IMG/VR virus record: IMGVR_UViG_2675903433_000022
Reading direction: 5' to 3' (one strand)
Length of the DNA stretch: 64,000 bases
DNA from: a virus
Taxonomy: Duplodnaviria > Heunggongvirae > Uroviricota > Caudoviricetes
In this document: piece after piece, positions 48,932 through 57,177 of the stretch
How positions within the stretch are numbered: the first letter of the stretch is position 1
Layout of the letters: the number at the start of each line of letters is the position of its first letter
The notes under the pieces: model-generated
The model's input: only the letters and a program-made list of their open reading frames with translations
What the model was told of the DNA's origin: nothing
The model's database searches: none
Translations under genes and position numbers: made by a program

Positions 48932-49218
48932 TCAATTTAACTTCTTGGAACTGGTGGTTGGCCACCTATTTCTTAGCGGCCGGAGTCGCATTCGCCTTTT
49001 ACGTAGGTCAGTTAGTCGTAAAACTGTTGCTGATTAAATTTGCTAGTCATAAACGTATCGATGATGGTCTGTGGCGTCTTGGCACCTTGGTGGAAACTCG
49101 CTACGGGCAACTTAAGGAGAACGAAACCATTACTATCCAAGCGAAACGATTCACTGCCACCATCACAAGAACACCTAGTCGTAGAGTGGCCTTGATCAAA
49201 AAAGTTACAACCGAATAA
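48928..49218 (+). CDS. membrane protein (96 aa)
   Basis: N-terminal TM WWLATYFLAAGVAFAFYV; ATGA overlap with previous gene. Confidence 0.4.
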   Translation: MINLTSWNWWLATYFLAAGVAFAFYVGQLVVKLLLIKFASHKRIDDGLWRLGTLVETRYGQLKENETITIQAKRFTATITRTPSRRVALIKKVTTE

Positions 49219-49226
49219 AAATACAA

Positions 49227-49250
49227 TGATAAGTATTTACTTACTTATCA
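49227..49250. promoter_or_regulatory. palindromic motif site TGATAAGTATTTACTTACTTATCA
   Basis: Strongly palindromic; at start of the 780-bp non-coding region before the tRNAs. Confidence 0.4.
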
Positions 49251-49608
49251 TTTATGTATAAGATGACTTTGTTTTCGTTGAGACGCGACTGTTTGAACTT
49301 AAATACAAGTGCAAACGAAGAAGTCTATCTGGCAGTAGCCTAATAAGCCAAACACCAGCGAGGTCAGTTTCCAGCCTCGTTACCGAAATGGGACACACTG
49401 AGCGAGTGTGATTGCAGAACGCAGGAGGGAACATTCATGTTCCCTCCGATGAAGTAACAGAATGGGCGGTTGGTATATTTTCAACTCCATATGACTCCCG
49501 GATTCTTAGCCACTGACCGCCCATCCTGTTACGTCATTTTGTTCAATTATGTCGTTTATACTGGGTTAAAAAGCGGCGACGTAGCCCGGCTGGTATGGTT
49601 AGCCAGCA

Positions 49609-49730
49609 CACAACGTTGAGGCCATTACATTTTTATCAATTCTAAGGTTCTATTCACAGAGATACCGGCGAGCGTTGATATGTAACATGTTGGGCAAACA
49701 TTCAATCGGAGTAGTGGCCTCAACGTTGTG
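49609..49730. repeat. 16-bp perfect inverted repeat pair (CACAACGTTGAGGCCA / TGGCCTCAACGTTGTG) with about 90-bp spacer
   Basis: Arms at 49609..49624 and 49715..49730; arm sequence related to the pair at 50464..50541. Confidence 0.6.
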
Positions 49731-49997
49731 AAGACAGGATTGTTGTGTAGGTTTAACCACTGTTGCCATTGGTGCCTGTTTTCACAACAAATGATTCCAT
49801 ACATCACATTGTATAAATTATAAAGTAGGTGCTGCCCTCAGAAACATCATCTACTTAAAGATTTTGCCTTCTACTATTGAGCGAAGTCGAAAGCGTCTGG
49901 CACTAACGGAAAGTGCAAGTAGCGGTGCGTTTCCTGGCAGAAACTAACACCGCCGCGATTGGCACTGTTGAGTAATAAATACAGGCAGTGCTGAATT

Positions 49998-50072
49998 GAT
50001 GGTGTAGCTCAGCGGTAGAGCAGTTGGCTGTTAACCAACTGGTCGGTGGTTCGAATCCACCCACCATCGCCA
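49998..50072 (+). tRNA. tRNA-Asn (anticodon GTT)
   Basis: Cloverleaf folded by hand: acceptor GATGGTG/CACCATC, D-stem GCTC/GAGC, anticodon loop CTGTTAA, T-loop GGTGG-TTCGAAT-CCACC, then G-CCA. Confidence 0.75.
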
Positions 50073-50074
50073 AT

Positions 50075-50150
50075 GCCGGTTTAGCTCAGTTGGTAGAGCA
50101 CCTGCCTTGTAAGCAGGATGTCAGCGGTTCGAGTCCGTTAACCGGCACCA
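50075..50150 (+). tRNA. tRNA-Thr (anticodon TGT)
   Basis: Acceptor GCCGGTT/AACCGGC, D-arm GCTC-AGTTGGTA-GAGC, anticodon loop CTTGTAA, T-arm AGCGG-TTCGAGT-CCGTT, A-CCA. Confidence 0.75.
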
Positions 50151-50374
50151 ATACAACGATAAGATCATTACGGTTAATCGTCGTTCATGTGCACAATGAC
50201 TGGTCGAAAGGTAGTGATCTTACCGTTGTGGTGGATTCGCAGACTGATGCGATAGCTTTCTTGGATGTTAGGGAAATGCGGCCGCAAATCTTCCCTTTCG
50301 CGAGCGGTGATCGTCCGTAGTCCTAATTGGCTGCACCGTATGCCGGAGATTCAGTACCGGCCACCACAACGGCC

Positions 50375-50461
50375 GGAGAGTAGGGAGCATGGTGCTCAAG
50401 CGGTCTTGAAAACCGTCCCATTGCGCAAGCGATGATGGTTCGATTCCATTACTCTCCGCCA
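50375..50461 (+). tRNA. putative type II tRNA-Ser (anticodon TGA), atypical
   Basis: Acceptor GGAGAGT/ACTCTCC, anticodon stem-loop GCGGT-CTTGAAA-ACCGT, long variable arm, T-arm GATGG-TTCGATT-CCATT, G-CCA; position 8 is A rather than U and D-stem is only 3 bp. Confidence 0.45.
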
Positions 50462-50463
50462 GA

Positions 50464-50541
50464 CACAGCGTTGAGCGGTTTGGCCTTTTAATCAACTCGA
50501 TTAAGACTCCGCTAACATAAACCAGACCGCTCAACGCTGTG
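50464..50541. repeat. 20-bp inverted repeat pair (CACAGCGTTGAGCGGTTTGG / rc) directly after tRNA-Ser
   Basis: Arms at 50464..50483 and 50522..50541, 19 of 20 matching; arms resemble the 49609/49715 pair (CACA[AG]CGTTGAG). Confidence 0.55.
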
Positions 50542-50615
50542 ATAGACAATTACGGCAGACGTTCTTAACCATAGCTTGCTAACATCCTAGCAACACTTTT
50601 TTCAGCGCAAAATTC

Positions 50616-50639
50616 AAAGGGGCTTCGGCCCCTTTTTTG
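50616..50639 (+). terminator. rho-independent terminator
   Basis: AAAGGGGC-ttcg-GCCCCTTTTTTG. Confidence 0.75.
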
Positions 50640-50681
50640 CAACTGAAAGAGTCAAGTCTACGAACTTTGTAGGAAGAAATA

Positions 50682-51032
50682 ATGACCAGCAAAGAGAACA
50701 CACCACTAAAAGTCACCTCTGAACACATTGAACAACTCATTCAAAGTGAACATTATTTCACTGCATATGATGCCAGCCACGGGGATAACTTCATCTCTGT
50801 TTACAATTCAAAAACAGATATCGACAACGGTCATGAGTCGTTAAAACTCTTAACGTTCTGCGTTATGATTCTCAAAAATGGATATACCGTAACGGGAAAA
50901 TCTGCGTGCGTAAGACCAGAAATCTTCAACTTTGATGTTGGTCGCGAGTACGCTCGAAAAGATGCTATCGATCAAATCTGGCCCCTGGAAGGCTATCTCC
51001 TGAAGCAAAAGTGGCATGAGGCAAAGCAATGA
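50682..51032 (+). CDS. hypothetical protein (116 aa)
   Basis: ORF track. Confidence 0.45.
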   Translation: MTSKENTPLKVTSEHIEQLIQSEHYFTAYDASHGDNFISVYNSKTDIDNGHESLKLLTFCVMILKNGYTVTGKSACVRPEIFNFDVGREYARKDAIDQIWPLEGYLLKQKWHEAKQ

Positions 51033-51274
51033 CGATCACTATCTACGGACGAGATAACTGCTCATACTGCAAACGTGCGGTCGAGCTGGCGAAGCAACTA
51101 AAGGGACATGGCTACGGTGATTATGAGTACATCGACATCACCACTGCCGGTATCGACAAGAAAAAACTAAGTGAAATTGTTGGTAAACCGGTAGAGACTA
51201 TCCCCCAGGTACTGATCGATGGCCAACCGATTGGCGGATACACTGAACTGGCTGCATACGTCAGCACCCTCTGA
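51029..51274 (+). CDS. glutaredoxin/NrdH-like redoxin
   Basis: CSYC active-site motif near N-terminus; 81 aa; ATGA overlap with upstream gene. Confidence 0.6.
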   Translation: MTITIYGRDNCSYCKRAVELAKQLKGHGYGDYEYIDITTAGIDKKKLSEIVGKPVETIPQVLIDGQPIGGYTELAAYVSTL

Positions 51275-51280
51275 TTTTAA

Positions 51281-51303
51281 CGGCTCACAGGAGCCGTTTT
51301 TCT
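51281..51303 (+). terminator. rho-independent terminator
   Basis: CGGCTC-acag-GAGCCG followed by TTTTTCTT. Confidence 0.6.
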
Positions 51304-51484
51304 TCCCACCAAACTCACTCCCGTTTCCCTTAAAATTCAAAAAACAACGTCAAAATGATTCCATACCTACTATGTATGGAATCATTACTGAAAATGAGTT
51401 ACTTTTACTCTTGATCCTATAAGAATCTATGCCTAATATACTGTTTACTTATACAGTGCATCGGCGTAACTCGGTGATTGTCAT

Positions 51485-52588
51485 ATGAAAAATAGCTTTG
51501 ACAGAGCACGCGCTGCGGAGAACACCTCAAAAGAGGCGATTGAGTATCTCGAAAGAGCATCTCAAATGCAGGCCGTTATGATCTCGCAGGTTAGCAATGA
51601 CATGAGATTCTCGGACGCATTCATGTTATTCACTCGCTTATCTCTGCTGATAACCAGACGTCGGCCAGAGATCGCTGTTCATTGTATTTTGATACATGTT
51701 TTGCCGCACATTGCCGATGTAAAAGTAAGTGATATTAATAGGTTCATGGTGAACCAACTGGTCAACCCACTAATACTGGATGGCAAAATTGTTATGGGCC
51801 GCCGCGTTTTCTCTCTGATGAAGCAGTTCCTTAGCTGGTGCGCCTTCCAGGGGATGATCGACGTGTCACCGTTAAACGATATGTCACTTAACAAAGTTGC
51901 CGGTGGCGCAAAGCCCACACCTCGCGAGCGGAAGCTAACCGACGCAGAGGTATGGGTGTTCTGGAATATATGGGACTACTTCAATGTGTGTGCTGGTACA
52001 AAATGGGCGGCCAGGCTATGTCTTGTATCCGCAAGACGACCTGACGAAGTACTGCGGGCTAAAAAAAGTGAGTTCAATCTTAAGCGTGGGGTTTGGAATC
52101 AAGGCAAGAGGAACAAATCTGCCCGTGAGCATTCTCTGCCTTTAAGCTCATTAATGCGCACATGTATTGAAGAGTTGTTCGAATATGGTAAAGACAGCCA
52201 GTGGCTCGTGCCTTCGAATAAAAAAATCGGGAAAGACCTTCCTATGTCTAAAGTGGCAATAGCCCAGGCATTACGTCGTATTCTGGAACGACCAGAACTG
52301 ATGGAGCTTGAGCCATTTACACCCCGAGATTTGCGCCGTACTGCGCGTAGTTACTTCCCAGCATTAGGCATAAGCCAGGAGGTATCACGTAAAATCATGA
52401 ACCACAGTCTTGAGGGGATAGATCGGGTCTACGACCGGCACGATTATATGGACGAGATGCGAGACGCCTTAGAAAGTTTCTCGACGTACATCGCATCAAT
52501 CGTAGAGCAACCGGATTTAGACGAAATTGACCACAAATTTAAGGGAGATCGTCTATCAACAGAGCTTATTCGTGTAAATTTTTCATAG
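51485..52588 (+). CDS. int: tyrosine recombinase / integrase
   Basis: C-terminal catalytic residues in RDLRRTARS ... HSLEGIDRVYDRHDY context (R, H, R, Y). Confidence 0.75.
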   Translation: MKNSFDRARAAENTSKEAIEYLERASQMQAVMISQVSNDMRFSDAFMLFTRLSLLITRRRPEIAVHCILIHVLPHIADVKVSDINRFMVNQLVNPLILDGKIVMGRRVFSLMKQFLSWCAFQGMIDVSPLNDMSLNKVAGGAKPTPRERKLTDAEVWVFWNIWDYFNVCAGTKWAARLCLVSARRPDEVLRAKKSEFNLKRGVWNQGKRNKSAREHSLPLSSLMRTCIEELFEYGKDSQWLVPSNKKIGKDLPMSKVAIAQALRRILERPELMELEPFTPRDLRRTARSYFPALGISQEVSRKIMNHSLEGIDRVYDRHDYMDEMRDALESFSTYIASIVEQPDLDEIDHKFKGDRLSTELIRVNFS

Positions 52589-52969
52589 AGACTTTATGGC
52601 CTCAACAACCTTTTGTGATGCGCCTTTCTCTTTACCGAATCGCTCGTTATATGCAGCAAGAACCTGTTTTTCGTCCTCGTTAAGAGGAGCAGTGCCTTCT
52701 TTGTATAAAAATGCTGCGAGCTCGGGTTGGCGTTCTTCCAGCACCATCATCATAAGACGACTTGGCTCAATACCCAGTGCCAGCGCCAGCGGACGAACCT
52801 TATCGATAGGCAAAGGAATTTTGCCGCTTTTAATTAAAGAAAGGTTGTTGGCGTTTTTATACCCAATTGTTTTGGCTATCTGGGCCTGGCTCATAGGTGA
52901 GGATTCAATCAACCCTGCGATAAAAGCAGCGTAGCGACTTTCTATAAATTCAATCTTGTTATCAGACAT
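52583..52969 (-). CDS. XRE-family HTH transcriptional repressor (cI-like)
   Basis: HTH MSQAQIAKTIGYKNANNLSLIKSG; divergent from small gene at 53221. Confidence 0.65.
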   Translation of the reverse strand: MSDNKIEFIESRYAAFIAGLIESSPMSQAQIAKTIGYKNANNLSLIKSGKIPLPIDKVRPLALALGIEPSRLMMMVLEERQPELAAFLYKEGTAPLNEDEKQVLAAYNERFGKEKGASQKVVEAIKSL

Positions 52970-53000
52970 GGTTACAACCTTTGCGCGTTCAATTCTCTCT

Positions 53001-53014
53001 GGTAAGTGCTTACC
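53001..53014. promoter_or_regulatory. palindrome GGTAAGTGCTTACC in repressor divergent region (candidate operator)
   Basis: Located 32 bp upstream of repressor start; shares GTAAGT/ACTTAC arms with the recurrent motif. Confidence 0.4.
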
Positions 53015-53220
53015 GATATTACATCAAAGGTTAGGGTTGTAAAGCTATTATCATTTTTTTCGATAGGCACTTAAAAGACCGGTTAAAGGCCATTGCACGG
53101 AGAAAAATTAGCCCAAAACAGGTAAGAAAATTAACTTGCATGTGATATGAATGTATTCAGTATTGATACAAATTTTAGTAGTATTCCTTACCATAGTATA
53201 AGTTAGAATGGATTGATTGA

Positions 53221-53433
53221 ATGAACACCACTATTTCCAGCCTAATCGCTCTTGAGATCGGACACGTACAGAAATTAGCTGATGAGTGTGTAGCTGACAT
53301 CCTCACCGATCTACCGAATGAGCAGATTCAGGTTGGTGTGAATGACACAACTGGTTTTATATTCGAACTTAACAACAAACGCTTCACGCTTCTCAATACC
53401 GGCTCCGGGTCTTTAGCCGTCAGAATCTGTTAA
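53221..53433 (+). CDS. small protein divergent from repressor (Cro-position)
   Basis: Position only. Confidence 0.3.
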   Translation: MNTTISSLIALEIGHVQKLADECVADILTDLPNEQIQVGVNDTTGFIFELNNKRFTLLNTGSGSLAVRIC

Positions 53434-53531
53434 CCCCTCTTCTCCCTGCGCGAATGGCTTAGTTCCCTGTTCGCGCAGTGCTACATTAAACACACTAGTA
53501 AATAATTTGTTTTCATAACAAAGGATTAGCC

Positions 53532-55640
53532 ATGTCTAAAAAACGTTCCATCAAAGAGGTTCAGGACTTCCGTGACAGTGTAAAACGAGTAGTCGCTCTC
53601 CTTTCAGGTAAAAACATCCCTGTTGCAGAACGAGGGGACGACGCTTATGTACGCTATAACGATGATGGAGAGCCAATTCTCGTAAACATCCCATCAATCC
53701 CGGATAACGCAACACCGGCATTGATGAATGCTGTGCGCGGATTTCTCGATCATGAGGTTGCTCACATTTTGTTTACCGATATTCGTGTGTCCAACAAAAT
53801 GAGAGAAAAAGGACGCGTTCCTTCCTGGTCGCTATGGAATGCCTTAGAAGACGTGTTCATCGAGCGAAAAATGGGTCAGGTCTTTAACGGAACAAGACGT
53901 AATCTGATGGCAACTCAGCGCCTTATTATCGAAAAAGTCTTTAAACCAAAGGCTTCAGAGGCTATTGCTTATTGTGGCAAAGATCAGCGCGCGCTTTTTC
54001 TAAACTTCTTTCTCTGTCCGGTTGTAAGAGCCTGGGATGGCCAAGCACCGTTCGTAGATTTCATGGATGAATATTGGCCTGTCATTGAGAAACCAATTTC
54101 ATTATTAAAAGAACATGGTATCGATGTGGCCGTGCGTAACATGTCTTGCACCGAGGATTGTGTAAAGGTGGCTGCGACCATAGCTAAGATCCTCAAAGAC
54201 ACTGAAAGTGAAAGCAAAGGTAAGGAGTCAGCTCCGGGAAAAACTTCCGATCCTTCAGACGCTGACCAGACGGATTCCTCTGGAGAAAACAATGAAGATA
54301 ACGAAGATCATGAGACACCCTCAGCGTTAGATAATCACAAATCTATCAAATCAGAATCACACAGTAAGCACAAACATGATAATAACGACAGTGATGATTC
54401 AGATAATTCTGAATCATCAGAAACAATATTCGATGATACAGAAAATGATAAAGAGGTATCAGATTCTGATGCTTCTGATAACGCGGTGTCAGAATCATTT
54501 ACCGCTGACCACGAAAAAAGAAAAACGACAGAAGACGGCTCTTCAGATATTCCAACTCCGTCAAAAATGAGTCTGGAAGAGGCTTTAGAGGAGCTGGATA
54601 GCATAGAAGATGAAGTCGGAGGCATGACAGAAGATGCTCTATCCGAAACGATTAAAAGCGAGTTAACAGAAAGCTCGAAAAGCGAATACAGGCCATACAA
54701 TCGCTCATACGACTTCATCGGCTCGATTGATCAGGCAGAAGCCCATATCAAACGGCTTATTAAAACATTCTCCGATATTGATTTAGGAGGATATCCAATC
54801 AGCCGCTATCGCATCGTTCCTGAAGGCAACCAGCTCTTCGACAAATATATTGAAAAGCATCTTTCGTCAGGTGTTTCGTCGACGCTGGCAAAAGACCTGG
54901 AGCGAGCAATAGCAAGCAGAAACAGAGTTCAGTTTATACCGGGCCAGCGTCGGGGGCGCATTCATGGTTCTAGTATCTACAGATTAGCAATGAATGATGA
55001 TCGCGTGTTTCGTAAAAAAGAAGAATCTAAAGCCGTTAACGCCTGTGTTCAACAAGTGATTGATTTATCAGGTTCAATGAGTGGTATAACGATACAATTG
55101 GCTCTTGCAAGTGCATATACCATCGCCGATGCCCTTGATCGAATAAATGTTCCCAACATTATCACCGGCTTCACTACATTTGGTAGTCATATGGCGGCAG
55201 GAGAACTTAAGGCTGTCAAGTATGAGTTCTCTCGCTTTGAATCTTTAATGCTACCTATCATCAAAAATTGGAATGAAAAGGTAAATTCTCGCGAAGTTCG
55301 CTCACGTATGGGGTGCGTAGGCTACACATTCCCACTTCTTAATAATGTGGATGGTGAAAGCATAGCCAGCCTTGCATCGTTGTTTTCCGGTCGCATGGAG
55401 GACAGGAAGATCATGCTTGTTCTGAGTGATGGCGCGCCGTGGGCTGTTGGGAGAGGTTTTGACGCTCATTTGCGTTCGGTTGCGAAGCAAATTGAAACGC
55501 AGACTGACATTGATTTGATGGCAATTGGCATCATGACTGACGCACCGGAGAGATTTTACTCAAATCATGCCCTGGTAACGAGCGTTGATAGTCTTGGTTC
55601 ATCTGTAGTTACTGAACTATCTCGTATCATTTTAAAGTGA
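53532..55640 (+). CDS. vWA-domain protein (CobT-like) with long acidic Ser/Asp-rich linker
   Basis: C-terminal MIDAS-like DLSGSMSG; central low-complexity acidic region. Confidence 0.6.
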   Translation: MSKKRSIKEVQDFRDSVKRVVALLSGKNIPVAERGDDAYVRYNDDGEPILVNIPSIPDNATPALMNAVRGFLDHEVAHILFTDIRVSNKMREKGRVPSWSLWNALEDVFIERKMGQVFNGTRRNLMATQRLIIEKVFKPKASEAIAYCGKDQRALFLNFFLCPVVRAWDGQAPFVDFMDEYWPVIEKPISLLKEHGIDVAVRNMSCTEDCVKVAATIAKILKDTESESKGKESAPGKTSDPSDADQTDSSGENNEDNEDHETPSALDNHKSIKSESHSKHKHDNNDSDDSDNSESSETIFDDTENDKEVSDSDASDNAVSESFTADHEKRKTTEDGSSDIPTPSKMSLEEALEELDSIEDEVGGMTEDALSETIKSELTESSKSEYRPYNRSYDFIGSIDQAEAHIKRLIKTFSDIDLGGYPISRYRIVPEGNQLFDKYIEKHLSSGVSSTLAKDLERAIASRNRVQFIPGQRRGRIHGSSIYRLAMNDDRVFRKKEESKAVNACVQQVIDLSGSMSGITIQLALASAYTIADALDRINVPNIITGFTTFGSHMAAGELKAVKYEFSRFESLMLPIIKNWNEKVNSREVRSRMGCVGYTFPLLNNVDGESIASLASLFSGRMEDRKIMLVLSDGAPWAVGRGFDAHLRSVAKQIETQTDIDLMAIGIMTDAPERFYSNHALVTSVDSLGSSVVTELSRIILK

Positions 55641-55655
55641 ACAAAACAGCCTTAA

Positions 55656-55678
55656 CGATAAGTAACCACTTACGATAG
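55656..55678. promoter_or_regulatory. motif site CGATAAGTAACCACTTACGATAG
   Basis: Upstream of AAA+ ATPase gene. Confidence 0.35.
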
Positions 55679-55735
55679 TTAATGATATATTTATATAAGA
55701 AGTTGAACGCTCATTAGAAAACAAAGGAAAAACGC

Positions 55736-56971
55736 ATGACTACTACTGCACTGCAAAATGAAAAAAATCCTTCTGATTACCTTGTTTGCAAGTGGTGCGG
55801 AAAATCATTTCACTATTTTAAGTCCCATGTAGCCAATGGTAATTGCGAGGGCATTCCTGAGTCAGTAAAAGATGCCGATCCTGACACCGTACTGAAAATG
55901 TACACAACACAGTTTCCAGATGAGCCAACGCTATCGAAAAAGGCACTTGATGCAATTCAAGCTAAACGTGCCGAGCAAAAAAGCGAAATGGCCAAATCAT
56001 CTGGCGTGACCAGTAGCCCAGGCTACACAGGCACAGTTGAGTACAAGACAGATCTGGTCGCAGCTCACGAACTGCTAAATGTAACAGTGGAAGAACTCGG
56101 AACAAAACGTGGGACGCCGCTCATGGTTAGCGTCAACGTCAATACGCCGTATCCAGAGTTCGTTCCCGAAGTGAAGAAAGGCTACGTATATGGCGACTTC
56201 GAACTGATCAAGGATATTTTCATGATGCTTGAACTTGGCATACCTGGCTATTTGTGGGGTCATGCAGGAACAGGCAAATCGTCATTGCCTACACAACTAT
56301 GTGCTTTGCTCAATCGTCCGTTGATCCGTGCCCAACATACAGCATCAATGGAAGAGGCACATGTTACGGGGCAAATTCTGGCGCGTGATGGCTCTACGTA
56401 TTTCGAGCCTGGCTTGCTTGCGCTCGCAATGAAGCATGGCTGGGTTTACCTCGCGGATGAATACGACTTTGCGTTTCCACAAATTCTTGGCGTGTATCAG
56501 CCAGTGCTGGAAGGTGAAGCGTTAGTCATCAAAGAGGCGACTCCAGAATGGCGTCGCATTACTCCGCATGAACGGTTTGCTTTCATTGGCACTGGCAACA
56601 CGAACGGATCTGGTGATGAAACCGGCTTGTACCAGGGTACAAACATCCAGAACGCCGCGAACTTTTCGCGTTTTGGCATCGTTTCGAATGTGAAATACAT
56701 GAGCAAAGAGGCAGAGATCAACATGTTGATAAATGCCGGTATCGTGGATGAATACGCAGAAAAGATGGTTAAGTTTGCCGATATCGTTCGCGATGGATAC
56801 GAAGAACACCTTATCAGTCAGCCAATTGGCCCTCGTGAACTTTTGTTGTCGGCCAAGATTGGAATGATGCGAGGCGACTTTGTGACAGGTATTGAGCGTT
56901 CTTTCATTAACAAACTCCCTTCAGCTTCTGCACAAGCGGCTCGTGAAGTTGTTCAAAAAATATTTGGTTGA
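55736..56971 (+). CDS. AAA+ ATPase (MoxR/CobS-like)
   Basis: Walker A GHAGTGKSS, Walker B-like VYLADEYD; N-terminal Cys/His cluster CKWCGK ... H. Confidence 0.65.
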   Translation: MTTTALQNEKNPSDYLVCKWCGKSFHYFKSHVANGNCEGIPESVKDADPDTVLKMYTTQFPDEPTLSKKALDAIQAKRAEQKSEMAKSSGVTSSPGYTGTVEYKTDLVAAHELLNVTVEELGTKRGTPLMVSVNVNTPYPEFVPEVKKGYVYGDFELIKDIFMMLELGIPGYLWGHAGTGKSSLPTQLCALLNRPLIRAQHTASMEEAHVTGQILARDGSTYFEPGLLALAMKHGWVYLADEYDFAFPQILGVYQPVLEGEALVIKEATPEWRRITPHERFAFIGTGNTNGSGDETGLYQGTNIQNAANFSRFGIVSNVKYMSKEAEINMLINAGIVDEYAEKMVKFADIVRDGYEEHLISQPIGPRELLLSAKIGMMRGDFVTGIERSFINKLPSASAQAAREVVQKIFG

Positions 56972-57177
56972 TCGTGCGTAAAGGATGTTTCGGCTCTCTT
57001 ATCGCTGCTTCTGAAACTGGTAAGGCTTGTCTGGTGTGTCCAGACAAGCCCGATTGTCACCAATCAGCAAAAGAAGTTGCGATTTCGATGCATGGGAAGT
57101 TCGTAGGCTTCCCCAATGACAAAATCAAAAAAACCAGAAAGGTAAAAACACATGAAGGCACTGATGGTTCGAACTGA
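56968..57177 (+). CDS. small Cys-rich protein (69 aa)
   Basis: CLVCPDKPDC motif; overlaps neighbours; coding status uncertain. Confidence 0.25.
   Translation: MIVRKGCFGSLIAASETGKACLVCPDKPDCHQSAKEVAISMHGKFVGFPNDKIKKTRKVKTHEGTDGSN

Noticed and set aside
50024-50549. ORFs 50024..50320 (+) and 50268..50549 (-) in the tRNA region
   Set aside because: They overlap tRNA-Asn, tRNA-Thr and tRNA-Ser and have no start context; the region is read as non-coding.
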